Assembly (NCBI GenBank): GCA_964490075.1 | Contig: CAZBBK010000024.1 | Coordinates: forward strand, 1-64,000 | Direction of reading: 5' to 3' | DNA length: 64,000 bases | Source: an uncultured Gemmatimonadota bacterium | GTDB lineage: Bacteria; GCA-2686955 | Shown: positions 8,964 to 18,547 of the stretch, one piece after another | How positions within the stretch are numbered: position 1 is the first letter of the stretch | How the letters are laid out: each line of letters starts with the position of its first letter | Notes under the pieces: generated by a model | The model's database searches: none | Told to the model about the DNA's origin: nothing | The model's input: the letters and a program-made list of their open reading frames with translations, nothing else | Position numbers and translations under genes: made by a program

Positions 8964-9772
8964 CGCTCCGCCTGCTGGAAATGCTCCAGCATCAAGGGGT
9001 TCAAGAGCTCCGAGCACTGCGCGATGACTCCGTGCCCGGCGCCGTCGAAGCGCGCCAGGCGCGACCCCGGGATCGCCCGAGAGAGGCGGTCGCTCTCGCG
9101 CGGCGGGATCACGATGTCACCGCCCGGGCGCACGATCAGGGTCGGCAGCCCCTCCAGCTCGGCCAGGCGGCGCCGGGTGGAATGGCCCAGCACGGCGCTG
9201 AGCTGGCGCGCGAAGGTCGCCGGATGCGACTGGATCGCCAGCAGCGACGCCGCCATCTCGAGCAGTGCCGCGTTGCCCGGATCGTCGCGGAAGGTCGGGG
9301 GAAAGAGCAGGGCGGCGACCCGCGCCCAGCGTTCGGCGCCGCGGTGCAGCTGAGAGCTGTGCAGCAGGTGGAGGGCGCGCGGGCGCGGCGGCGAAGTGCT
9401 CGGACCTCCGGCGTGGGTGGCGATCAAGGTCAGGCTGCGAGCCCGCGCTCGCGAATCCAGGGCCAGGCGCTGCACGATCATGCCGCCCATGGAGATGCCG
9501 GCCAGGTGGGCGCTCCCCCAGCCGAGATGATCGAGCAGATGCAGCGCATCGGCGGCCATCGAGCGGATGCTGCACAGGCCGCGCGGTGGATCGCTGCGCC
9601 CAACTCCGGCGTTGTCGTACCAGGCCACTCGGTGGTGCTGTTGGAGCTCCAGGATCTGCGCCAACCAGGCCTCGCCCCGCACCCCCATCCCCATGACCAG
9701 CAGCACCGGCGGACCCGCGTTTCCCCCGGTGTCGTACCAGAGCCGGCGTCCACCCCGCTCCAGGTAGGGCAT
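8957..9772 (-). CDS. Alpha/beta fold hydrolase
   Basis: DNAGVGRS, GISMGG nucleophile elbow, D.VIPP, GAGHG. Confidence 0.9.
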   Translation of the reverse strand: MPYLERGGRRLWYDTGGNAGPPVLLVMGMGVRGEAWLAQILELQQHHRVAWYDNAGVGRSDPPRGLCSIRSMAADALHLLDHLGWGSAHLAGISMGGMIVQRLALDSRARARSLTLIATHAGGPSTSPPRPRALHLLHSSQLHRGAERWARVAALLFPPTFRDDPGNAALLEMAASLLAIQSHPATFARQLSAVLGHSTRRRLAELEGLPTLIVRPGGDIVIPPRESDRLSRAIPGSRLARFDGAGHGVIAQCSELLNPLMLEHFQQAERC

Positions 9773-9773
9773 C

Positions 9774-11495
9774 TCAGCCCCGCGCCGCCGCCGCCGCGAC
9801 ACGCGCCAGCTGCCAGGGCGAGGGATGGGCCTCGAAACGGGTGATTTCCTGTGCCGCCCGGTAGCCGCTCTTGTGGGTCGGGAACCAGGGCGGCTTCGGC
9901 CGCACTCGGAAGGGCGTGTGCAACACCGTCTTGAGGGGTTTGTCGAACATGTAGGTGTTGTGGACGAAGCCACGCCCCGACTGGATATCGTCGAGGCGAT
10001 GTCCGGGGTAGGCCCCCCAGGGCGGCGAGCAGAGGCCGAACACCAGCCCCGGCCAGGTGTTGACCGTGATCGAGCCGTAGCGCAGTCCCTCGAGCGCCGT
10101 CTGCAGGGCCGCCTCTCCGCCCGCCGCCTCGCGCGAGCGCGGGTGGACCAGGATCGACGCGGCCAGCGTTCCCCAGACCCGCTCGTTGCAGAAGTGCACG
10201 GCGCGCGGCAGGAAGTCCTCGGCCATGTGGCCGCGCAGCGGCACCTCGTGGAGCACCGCGCAAAAGGGCTCCTGGCGGAAGCAGATCTCTTCGCGCGCGG
10301 TGGAATCGAGATCGGTGATCAGGGTCCAGGGCACGTTGACGCCGTCGTCTTCGGCCAAGAGCTCGGCATCGGGATGGGCCGCGACGAAGCGCGACCAGCG
10401 TTCCCGGGCCCCGGGGTAGTAGGCGCGGCGCACCGGAAGCCCGGTCAGCAGCGCGCGCAGGCGGCTCAGAAAGGCCTCGCGCTGCGGCCAGTCGGCGCTG
10501 GTGACCAAGAGCTTGGCGGCGTTGCAGTTGAACGAGGCGTTGTTGACCACCATCGCGGCCAGGTTCTCGGCCTGGAAGGCGAGATCGGCGGACGACCAGC
10601 GCCCGGGCACCACCACCACTGGCGTCACATTCCCCAGCTCCGAGGCGATCGGCTTCTCCAAGAGCGGGCTGCCGGCTTTCTTGCGCCTCTCCTGCTCCGC
10701 TCCCACTCCCCAGACGATGGCGTCGTGGGTGGCGTCGGAGCCGGTGATGTGGATCTCCTCGACCCCCTCGTGGGCGACCAGATGGGCGCCGACCTCGGCG
10801 CCGCCGTAGACCACCTCGAACCAGTCCTCGCTGACCAGGCAGCGCAGCGCCCGGCGGATGAAGGGCCCCAGATACTCGTTCACCGGGTTCATCTTGAGCA
10901 CGCAGGTCCGGTTCTCCACGAAGAGCTTGTGCAGCACGTCGGTGGGACCGATCGAGGCGATGTTGCCGGCTCCCAGGACCAGCGCCACGCCGCCTTCCAT
11001 CCGCGGCTCCCGATAAGCGGCCGCCTGGTTCGCGGCCAGGTTGTCGCGGCTGATCGACCGGTCCAGCCACACCTCGGCGCGGAAGCCGGAGAAGAGCAGC
11101 CGATCGGAGAGCCGATCGGGGAACACCCGGGCCGTCAGCCGCCCGTCGCCGCGCTGCTCGAGCGCCCCCGCCGGCAAGCAGGGCGCGCCGCGGTCGCGGA
11201 TCTCGGCCAGCGCCCGCTGCAGGCAGCGCATATTGCGCACCACGGTCATCGGTCCGGCCAGCCACTCCTCTCCGGCCGCCGCGCTGCCGGCGTTGAGCTC
11301 CTTGGCGCCGATCGCCGCCGCGACCCAATCCTCCGCCACCTCCATCACCCCCTCGATCATCTGCTCCAGGAGGTAGATGCGGCGGTCGGGGGAGAGCGCG
11401 GCGAAGCGACCCTTGGCCTCTTGCAGCCTGGCGACGATCCGGTCGAGCTCGACGAGCGGGGTGGCGGGCGGCGCGGACTGCGTCTGGGCAGACAT
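9774..11495 (-). CDS. Aldehyde dehydrogenase family protein
   Basis: GAGN, KMNPVN, HITGS, SELGNV, NASFNC and EPFC motifs; GGAGG before ATG at 11495. Confidence 0.9.
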   Translation of the reverse strand: MSAQTQSAPPATPLVELDRIVARLQEAKGRFAALSPDRRIYLLEQMIEGVMEVAEDWVAAAIGAKELNAGSAAAGEEWLAGPMTVVRNMRCLQRALAEIRDRGAPCLPAGALEQRGDGRLTARVFPDRLSDRLLFSGFRAEVWLDRSISRDNLAANQAAAYREPRMEGGVALVLGAGNIASIGPTDVLHKLFVENRTCVLKMNPVNEYLGPFIRRALRCLVSEDWFEVVYGGAEVGAHLVAHEGVEEIHITGSDATHDAIVWGVGAEQERRKKAGSPLLEKPIASELGNVTPVVVVPGRWSSADLAFQAENLAAMVVNNASFNCNAAKLLVTSADWPQREAFLSRLRALLTGLPVRRAYYPGARERWSRFVAAHPDAELLAEDDGVNVPWTLITDLDSTAREEICFRQEPFCAVLHEVPLRGHMAEDFLPRAVHFCNERVWGTLAASILVHPRSREAAGGEAALQTALEGLRYGSITVNTWPGLVFGLCSPPWGAYPGHRLDDIQSGRGFVHNTYMFDKPLKTVLHTPFRVRPKPPWFPTHKSGYRAAQEITRFEAHPSPWQLARVAAAAARG

Positions 11496-11614
11496 CGACG
11501 GCCTCCGGTCGAAGATCTGAAGTGTGGGCGACTCGCTGCGTATCATAGGACTCTGAGCGACCAGGGGTTGCGTGAGTTGCGCGGTCGTACCGCGATCGCG
11601 ACGAGGAGGCGCCG

Positions 11615-12136
11615 ATGAGCGAAGCAAGGACCGGCGGGGCGTCGGCATCCCGAGAGCGCGCGCCGCGGCGTCGCCGAATCGGTGTGGTCGGTGCCGCCAG
11701 TGCCGAGCCCGCGGTGCTCGAGGAGGCGCACGCCGTCGGTCGGGCGCTGGCCGAGGCGGGGGCGATTCTGGTCTGCGGTGGCCGCGGCGGAGTGATGGAG
11801 GCGGCCTGTCGGGGTGCCCGCTCGGCCGGAGGCCTTACCCTCGGCATCCTGCCCGGCGAATCCGCGGGCGAGGCGAACCGCTGGGTCGACATCCCGGTGG
11901 TGACCGGGCTCGGCGAGGCGCGCAACGTCATCGTCGCTCGCACCAGCGAGGCCCTGATCGCGTTGCCCGGCGGCGCCGGCACGCTCTCGGAGATCGCCTT
12001 CGCGCTGAAGTTCGCGCGCCCCGTGATCGCCCTCGGGGACTGGGATTTCGACCCGGCGATCGTGCTCGTCGAGGATCCGCGCGAGGCGGTGCGCCGTGCT
12101 CTCCAGGCGGCCGGCGAAGCGGGCGCGCGCGGATGA
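11615..12136 (+). CDS. TIGR00725 family (LOG/Smf-like Rossmann fold) protein
   Basis: CGGRGGVMEA, GLGEARN, GGAGTLSE; GAGGAGG RBS. Confidence 0.9.
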   Translation: MSEARTGGASASRERAPRRRRIGVVGAASAEPAVLEEAHAVGRALAEAGAILVCGGRGGVMEAACRGARSAGGLTLGILPGESAGEANRWVDIPVVTGLGEARNVIVARTSEALIALPGGAGTLSEIAFALKFARPVIALGDWDFDPAIVLVEDPREAVRRALQAAGEAGARG

Positions 12137-13062
12137 GATGCGCCCTCCCGGCGGCCCTGCTGCCCGCTCTGCTGGCGGTCTTCACCCCGCTGCACCGGGT
12201 CGAGGAGGGCGTGAAGGTGCCCTACCAGCCGGTGATGATCGCAGGGGTCCGCGATCCGGTCTTCGCCTATCTGGTGGCTCTTGCGCGCGACGACGCGCGT
12301 GGAGAGCTCAGCGGCACCGCCCTCGACCGCCTGGTGGAGAAGAGCGGTCGCGAGAGCCGGCTGCCCCATGCCCTGCTGCACGAAGTCAGCCGGGTCGCGG
12401 GCGCCACCGCGGAGCTGCCGGCCCGGGTGCGCGTCGCCTTCTCCGACCCGCTCGACGTTCCGGTGCCCTACTCGATCCTCGGCTACCACCCCGGATCGCT
12501 GCGCGCCTCGCGGGAGCTGCTCTTCGACGAGTGGTTCCTGGGGCGGATGCGTCTGCCGGACGATCCCGCGGGCGGCCGCCGCTACCTGGAAGAGGTGCGG
12601 CTCCTGGTGCTGCGCCGGGGAGAGCTGCAGATCGACATCGACTGGTGGGTCGACAAGCTCTTCGGCTCCAAGCTGGACGACACCGAGGTCATCGCGCTGG
12701 CCCTGGCGCGTCTGGACGATCGCCACCTCGGCATCGCCACCGGCCTCAACGGCTCGGGACGGGGACGCAGCGGGACCTTCGATCTGCATGCCGACGAGAT
12801 CGTCTTCCCCTCGCCCAGCCACCTGAAGTTCGCCGGCCGGACCTTGCGCCAGCGGGCGCGGCGTTTGCTCCCCGGTACGACCCCTAGCGAGTTTCCGTCC
12901 ACGAATGCAGCTCCGCGCCTGCCGGGCGGGACGGACCCATCTGCTGCGTTGGCGAAACCTCGAAATAGCCCTGCTATTCCTTCGGCTTCGCCGCCTTGCA
13001 GCTGGGCCCGTCGCGCTCCGGCAGCCGCAGACCTGCATTCGTGGACGGAAACTAGCGAATGA
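12133..13062 (+). CDS. Hypothetical protein with hydrophobic N-terminus; its last ~56 aa derive from an inserted palindromic element
   Basis: ATGA overlap with the upstream stop; protein-like composition up to ~12880. Confidence 0.7.
   Translation: MRCALPAALLPALLAVFTPLHRVEEGVKVPYQPVMIAGVRDPVFAYLVALARDDARGELSGTALDRLVEKSGRESRLPHALLHEVSRVAGATAELPARVRVAFSDPLDVPVPYSILGYHPGSLRASRELLFDEWFLGRMRLPDDPAGGRRYLEEVRLLVLRRGELQIDIDWWVDKLFGSKLDDTEVIALALARLDDRHLGIATGLNGSGRGRSGTFDLHADEIVFPSPSHLKFAGRTLRQRARRLLPGTTPSEFPSTNAAPRLPGGTDPSAALAKPRNSPAIPSASPPCSWARRAPAAADLHSWTETSE
12884..13058. mobile_element. MITE-like long imperfect palindrome with 21-bp perfect terminal inverted repeats
   Basis: AGTTTCCGTCCACGAATGCAG (12890-12910) / CTGCATTCGTGGACGGAAACT (13033-13053); CTAGCGA directly repeated at 12884 and 13052; interior self-complementary around AATAGC-CCT-GCTATT. 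Confidence 0.8.
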
Positions 13063-13705
13063 CCAGCGCCCGCGCTGTGGCGGGCGCCCGCAGGTCGCCG
13101 CGCTCGATCTGCTCGCGCAGCCGCTCCAGGTCCTCGATCCGGTCGATGTCGAAGGCGCGCGGGAGGCGCTGGGTGGTCCAGCCGAGGGAGTCGAAGGCGC
13201 GCGCGGTGTCGGCGAATGCGTGGCGGCTGCTCCAGCGAACCTGGTGCAGCGCGCCGCGCGGCGGCGCGCAGGGCACGCCGATGACGTAGTAGCCGCCGTC
13301 GTCGGTCGGACCCAGCACGGCCCGGCCCTCGGCCACCGCCCGCGCCGCTTCGACCAGGCGCTGCGCCGGCAGCCCCACGGTATCGGTGCCGATCGCCAGT
13401 GCACCGCCTTCCGAGCCACGCGCGGCGCGCCGCAGCGCCCGCTCCAGTCGATCGCCCAGGCTGCCGGCGCGCTGGTGCCAGATGCACGGCGGCGGATGCA
13501 GCTCCGGCAGGGCGCGACGGGCCCCGTCGAGCACCAGCACCGGCTCCAGCGCGGGGCCGGCCGCCTGAATCCAGGTCCAGGAATCGACCAGCAGCGCCGC
13601 CGCCAGGCGCGCCGCCGGCCGGTCCCCGATGGAGCGCGCCAGTCGGGTCTTGACGCGGCCCGCCACCGGGGCTTTCGCCATCATGCAGATCGTCACCGGG
13701 GTCAT
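13052..13705 (-). CDS. TIGR04282/DUF2064 family nucleotide-diphospho-sugar transferase-like protein
   Basis: MAKAPVAGRVKTRL, LGDRL, IGTD, VLGPTDDGGYYVIG, WS, DIDRIEDL. Confidence 0.9.
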   Translation of the reverse strand: MTPVTICMMAKAPVAGRVKTRLARSIGDRPAARLAAALLVDSWTWIQAAGPALEPVLVLDGARRALPELHPPPCIWHQRAGSLGDRLERALRRAARGSEGGALAIGTDTVGLPAQRLVEAARAVAEGRAVLGPTDDGGYYVIGVPCAPPRGALHQVRWSSRHAFADTARAFDSLGWTTQRLPRAFDIDRIEDLERLREQIERGDLRAPATARALVIR

Positions 13706-14478
13706 CGCTGCTCTTTCGCCGCCACCACTTGCGGCCGAATCAGCCCCAGCTCGGGATCGCGACCGAGCGAGGCGCGCAGCGCCGCTTGCACGTAGTCGAT
13801 CGCCCCGCGGGTCGCGGACTCCAGGTCGTCGCCCCGCGCCAGGCGCGCCGCGAGTGCGCTCGAAAGCGTGCAGCCGGTGCCGCGGGCGGCGGCCCCCTCG
13901 AGTCGCCGATGGCGCAGCTCGATCGGCTCGAGCCCCGGCCTGTAGAGCCGATCGACGAGTGGATCGCCGGGCCCGTGCCCCCCCTTGAGCAGCACCGCGC
14001 AGGGCTGCCGGGCGCACCAGTCGGCCAGCGGCTCCGTGCCTGCCAGGGCCCGTGCCTCCGGCAGGTTGGGGGTCAAGAGCGTGACCCGCTCGCGTAGAGG
14101 GGCGAGCTGCGCGCCGAGCGAGTCTTCCCACAGAAACGACTGGCCGCTGCTCGCTCCCGCCACCGGGTCGAGCACCAGGGGCGCCTCGTATGCGCGCAGC
14201 GCCATCGCGATCGCGCGCACCACCCCTGCGGGGCCGAGCATGCCGATCTTGAGGGCACGCGGCTGGAGATGGTCCAACACGCTCTCGATCTGCGCCCGCA
14301 CCAGCTCGGGGGGCAAGGGGTGGAGGGCCTGCACGCCGGCCGTGCTCTGCGCCGTGACCGCGCTGAGCGCCACCGCGCCGTGCACTCCGTGGGCGGCGAA
14401 GGTCGCCAGATCGGCCTGGGCCCCGGCGCAGCCGCTGGAGTCGGAGCCGGCGATGCTGAGGGCGACCGGCGTTGCCAT
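13702..14478 (-). CDS. thiD: Hydroxymethylpyrimidine/phosphomethylpyrimidine kinase
   Basis: LSIAGSDSSGCAGAQAD, KIGML, LDPV, TPNLPEA, LKGGH, GTGCTLSSA. Confidence 0.95.
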   Translation of the reverse strand: MATPVALSIAGSDSSGCAGAQADLATFAAHGVHGAVALSAVTAQSTAGVQALHPLPPELVRAQIESVLDHLQPRALKIGMLGPAGVVRAIAMALRAYEAPLVLDPVAGASSGQSFLWEDSLGAQLAPLRERVTLLTPNLPEARALAGTEPLADWCARQPCAVLLKGGHGPGDPLVDRLYRPGLEPIELRHRRLEGAAARGTGCTLSSALAARLARGDDLESATRGAIDYVQAALRASLGRDPELGLIRPQVVAAKEQR

Positions 14479-14521
14479 CGTCTGATCCTCTCCGCGGTCC
14501 TCGCGCCGCGCGCCTGATACC

Positions 14522-15625
14522 ATGCGCGCGATGCAGAGCGCGCTACTCGTGTCGAGCTTTGGAGGACCGCGAGCGATCGATCAGGTTCGCCCCTTCCTGG
14601 AGGCGCTCTTCTCCGATCGCGACGCGATCCGCCTGCCGCTGGGACCCATCCTACAGCGTCCACTGGCGCGCTGGATCGCGCGCCGCAGGGCTCCGCGCAG
14701 CGCCGCCCAGTATCGGGCGATCGGCGGGGCGTCGCCGCTGCCGCGAATCACCCTCGAACAGAGCGCGACTCTCGAGGCGCGGCTGCGGGCGCGCGGCAAC
14801 GACGCGTTGGTATTCACCGGCATGCGTTATGGAACGCCCGGCATCGGCGACGCGCTCGATGCCGCGCTGGCGGCGGGCGCGCGGCGCATCGTCTGCCTGG
14901 CGCTCTATCCGCAGTACTCCATCGCCACCACGGGCTCCGCCTTCAACGCCGTGGCGCGCCACCTGGCCGGTCGCCGGGATCCGCCGCCGCGTCTCCATTT
15001 CGTTCCGGCCTTCTACCGCTCGCCCGGCTACCTCGATGCGCTGGCGGAGCGAATCGCCACCGCGTTGCGTGCCGCCCCGGGAGGGTCGCATTTGCTCTTC
15101 TCCGCCCACGGCATCCCGGCCGCCTACGCGCGGCGTCTGGGCGATCCCTACCCGCGCCAGATCCAGGAGACCGTGGCGCTCGTTCTGCCGCGCATCGAAG
15201 CGCTGCTCGGCGCGCCGATCGAGAGCTCGCTGGCCTGGCAGTCGCGGGTCGGCCCCGCTCGCTGGATCGGTCCCTCCACGGCCGCCAGGATCCGCTCGCT
15301 GGCCAGGGAGGAGCGGCGCTCCGTGGTGGTGGCGCCGATCTCCTTCGTTTGCGACCATCTGGAGACCCTGTTCGAGATCGACATCGAGTACGCCCGTCTC
15401 GCCGCCGAAGTGGGCATCACCCATTTCTCGCGCAGCGCGGCGCTCGACGGTCATCCTCGTTTTCTCGACGCGCTGGTCGAGGCGGTCGCCCCGGCGCTGG
15501 CTGGCGACGTGCCGCCCTGCTGCGAAATCTGCCTGCTGCCGCTGCAGCCGCGGCGGGAGGGACGCTGTGCGTGCCATGATTGCGGCCATCGGCCGCCTCT
15601 CTGGCGGCGCTGGAATCGATCCTGA
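14522..15625 (+). CDS. hemH: Ferrochelatase with Cys-rich C-terminal extension
   Basis: FGGP, YRAIGGASPL, MRYGTP, LYPQYS..TTGS, FSAHGIP, DPY, WQSRVGP, F..DHLETLFEID. Confidence 0.95.
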   Translation: MRAMQSALLVSSFGGPRAIDQVRPFLEALFSDRDAIRLPLGPILQRPLARWIARRRAPRSAAQYRAIGGASPLPRITLEQSATLEARLRARGNDALVFTGMRYGTPGIGDALDAALAAGARRIVCLALYPQYSIATTGSAFNAVARHLAGRRDPPPRLHFVPAFYRSPGYLDALAERIATALRAAPGGSHLLFSAHGIPAAYARRLGDPYPRQIQETVALVLPRIEALLGAPIESSLAWQSRVGPARWIGPSTAARIRSLAREERRSVVVAPISFVCDHLETLFEIDIEYARLAAEVGITHFSRSAALDGHPRFLDALVEAVAPALAGDVPPCCEICLLPLQPRREGRCACHDCGHRPPLWRRWNRS

Positions 15626-15636
15626 AAGGGTGAAGA

Positions 15637-17367
15637 ATGACGACACGGCGGCGACGCCGAATCCTGATCGCAGTATTGGCCGCGGCGTTCCTCGGGGCCG
15701 CCGCTTTCCCGCTGCTTCGCCCCTCGATCGCCGCGCTCGGCCGGCGCGTGGCGGCGAGTGTGCGCGAGCGACGCACCCGCGCGGAGTTCGAGGCCAGAGT
15801 CAGGCAATTCCTGGCCGAGCCCGATCCGGGGCTCCGGATCGCCGTCCACGATCCCCTGCGCAGCGCCGGCGGCTACAACATGGTGCTGATCTGGCGCCGC
15901 ATTCCGGCGTTGATGGACATGAGCGGCGCCATCGTGCACGTCTGGAACGACGTGATCTGCCGGGGTCGGGCGCGTCTCGATGAGCGCGGCAACCTGCTGC
16001 TCATCGACGCCGACACTTCGTTGCGCGAGGTCGACTGGGAGGGGCGGGAGATCTGGCGCTTCGACGCCGGCGAGCTTCCGGCGCGAGATTTCCCCCACCA
16101 TGATCTGATTCGCTTGCGCAACGGCAACGTTCTCGTGCCCTATCGGGAATGGGGCAGCAAGCTCGACTACCTGCTCGAGCTCTCCAGCTCTGGAGAGACG
16201 GTCTGGAGATGGCATTTCGCCGATCACATGGAGCGCGATTTCGCGGGCCTGGAGATCGATCCGCGCGACATTACCCACGTCAACTCGGTGCAGGAGCTGC
16301 CGGAAAACCGCATGCATCAACAGGGCGACGACCGTTTTGCGCTCGGCAACATCCTGGTCAGCGCGCGCAACCTGAATACGGTATTCATCATCGACAAGGA
16401 GAGCGGCGAAGTGGTGTGGCGCTACGAGCAGGATCTCGACCACCAGCACGAAGCCCAGATGATCGCTCCGCACCTGCCCGGGGCCGGCAACATCCTCGTT
16501 TTCAACAACGGTCTGGCCAACAAAAACGCCTACCGGCGCAGCGAAGTGCTGGAGCTCGATCCGGTCGCCGAAGAGGTGGTGTGGCGATACGCCTCGGAGC
16601 GCTTCTTCTCACCGACCGGTGGCGTGCAGCAGCGGCTTCCCAATGGCAACACTCTGATCTGCTCCAGCGACGGCGGCCGCACCTTCGAGGTCGACCCTGG
16701 AGGGACCATCGTCTGGCAGTGGACGCCACCCTTCCCGCCGATGCGTTCACGACGCTACGCAGTGGACTTCTGTCCCCGACTTCCGGACTCGCCGATCAGC
16801 GCCGCCGACCTGGAGCCGAAGGCGGCGAGCACGCCTTTCATCGACCGCTCGCTGTACTCCTTCGTGATCCAACACGATTCGCTGTCGACTCGGAACATCG
16901 ACGGCGAGGATCGCCCCTGCCTGCCGGACGCGAACGAATGCCGCGATCTCTTGATTCCGCAGCAAGCGGTGATGCTCGCGGGCTACGGTTTCGCCACCGA
17001 AGGGCACGATACGGGGCGCACCCAGGTTCGCGATGGCACGACCTTCACGATCGCGGTGCGCTCCGCCGGAGAAGATAAGGAGGAGCACGTCTTGCTGGAA
17101 GACACCCTGGTGCCGGGTTCGGGCGAGGACTGGGTCGAGCGAGAGCTTGCGCTCGATGCGTTCGCCGGCCAAGAAGTCCAGGTATGTCTCGACGCGAAGG
17201 GATATGGAGACGGGAATGCGACGCCGCGCATCGCGTTCTGGCGCCGTCCCAGGATCTTGGCCGGGGGCGCACGCGCCCTCGCGGCGGGGCTGGACCAGCC
17301 CGCCGACGAGCTGGACGGGGGAGCGACCGCCAAAAGGCAGATGGAGGCTCTGGGCTACGTCGATTGA
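15637..17367 (+). CDS. Aryl-sulfate sulfotransferase (ASST)-like beta-propeller protein, membrane-anchored
   Basis: PHHD, THVNSV, SARNLN, HQHEA, FNNG and RLPNGNTLI motifs; C-terminal MEALGYVD. Confidence 0.8.
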   Translation: MTTRRRRRILIAVLAAAFLGAAAFPLLRPSIAALGRRVAASVRERRTRAEFEARVRQFLAEPDPGLRIAVHDPLRSAGGYNMVLIWRRIPALMDMSGAIVHVWNDVICRGRARLDERGNLLLIDADTSLREVDWEGREIWRFDAGELPARDFPHHDLIRLRNGNVLVPYREWGSKLDYLLELSSSGETVWRWHFADHMERDFAGLEIDPRDITHVNSVQELPENRMHQQGDDRFALGNILVSARNLNTVFIIDKESGEVVWRYEQDLDHQHEAQMIAPHLPGAGNILVFNNGLANKNAYRRSEVLELDPVAEEVVWRYASERFFSPTGGVQQRLPNGNTLICSSDGGRTFEVDPGGTIVWQWTPPFPPMRSRRYAVDFCPRLPDSPISAADLEPKAASTPFIDRSLYSFVIQHDSLSTRNIDGEDRPCLPDANECRDLLIPQQAVMLAGYGFATEGHDTGRTQVRDGTTFTIAVRSAGEDKEEHVLLEDTLVPGSGEDWVERELALDAFAGQEVQVCLDAKGYGDGNATPRIAFWRRPRILAGGARALAAGLDQPADELDGGATAKRQMEALGYVD

Positions 17368-17374
17368 GGGGGCG

Positions 17375-18534
17375 TCAAGTGGAACGAACGAAAGGGGGCT
17401 GCGGCGCCCCCTGCGGCGTCATCACGAGCTGGTAGAGCTGTAGCCCACGCGCGCGAAAGGCCCCGGCCGACATCAGGAGGTAGAAGTGCCACATGCGGCG
17501 GAAGCGTTCGTCGTAGCGGCCGCGCAGCCCGGGCCACGCCGCCGCGAAACGGCGATGCCATTCCATCAGGGTGCGGTCGTAGTCGGGGCCGATATTGTGC
17601 AAATCCTCGAGCACGAAGACACCCTCCATGGCCTTGCCGAGCTGGGCGATCGAGGGCGCACAGGCATTGGGGAAATGTACTTGTGGAACCAGGGATCGAT
17701 CAGCTCCCGGCTCGCCACGTTGCCAATGGTGCGTACGAAGGCGACGCCGCCCGGCGCCAGGCAACGGGCCGCGGTCTCGACATAGGTGCGGTGGTTCTTG
17801 CGTCCCACGTGCTCCATGATTCCGATCGAGACCACCGCATCGTATCGCCCCGTCGCGCGCCGGTAGTCCTCGAGTCGGATTTCCACCGGCAGGCCCGCGC
17901 AGCGCTCCCGGGCCAGGGCCGCCTGCTCCTTCGAGACCGTCAGCGCCACCACTTCCGCGCCATGACGCTCGGCCGCGAATTGGGCGAAGCTGCCCCAGCC
18001 GCAGCCCAGCTCGAGAATGCGCATGCCGCTGCGTGCGCCGATCTTGCGGCAGACCAGCTCGAGCTTTGCCTCTTGCGCCGCTTCGAGATCGTCCGCCGCC
18101 TTCCAGTAGCCGCAGGTGTAGACCATGCGCCGATCGAGCATCGCCCGGTAGAGATCGTTGCCGATGTCGTAGTGCTGCTCTCCCACCTGGAAGGCCCGCT
18201 GCACCGACTGCAGATTGAAGAGCTTCGCCTTCATGACGTTGGCTCGGACCCGCGGATTGCGACGCACCTCATCGTCGATGCGCGCGGCGATCATCCGGGA
18301 GGCGAACTGGTCGACCGCCTCGCTGTCCCACCAGCCCTCCATGTAAGCCTCGCCGAGTCCCAGCGAGCCGTCGCGAAACACCCGAGCGTAGAAGCGCGGA
18401 TCGTGAATCGTGATGTCGTGCGCCGCGCTGCCGCCGACCCTGACCGCGGCGCTCTCCAGCCACCCCCGAACCACCGCCTCGCTGTTGCCCGCCGTCGCGT
18501 TCGCCGCCACCCTTCGCTTCTCCATGGTCTCCAT
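17375..18534 (-). pseudogene. cfa: Cyclopropane-fatty-acyl-phospholipid synthase with a single-base frameshift (real or sequencing error)
   Basis: HYDIGNDLY, YTCGYW, ELGCGWG, DPWFHKYI, then the frame changes near 17674 to FPN..PSIAQL...RMWHFYLL; one T missing from ATTT(T)CCCC. Confidence 0.9.
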
Positions 18535-18547
18535 GTGAACCGCCTCC

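Noticed and set aside
9478-13419. 1313-aa ORF on the minus strand
   Set aside because: Arg/Gly/Ala-rich shadow frame overlapping well-supported genes; typical high-GC artefact
14479-14521. TPP riboswitch upstream of thiD
   Set aside because: The spacer is only ~43 bp and lacks the CTGAGA core
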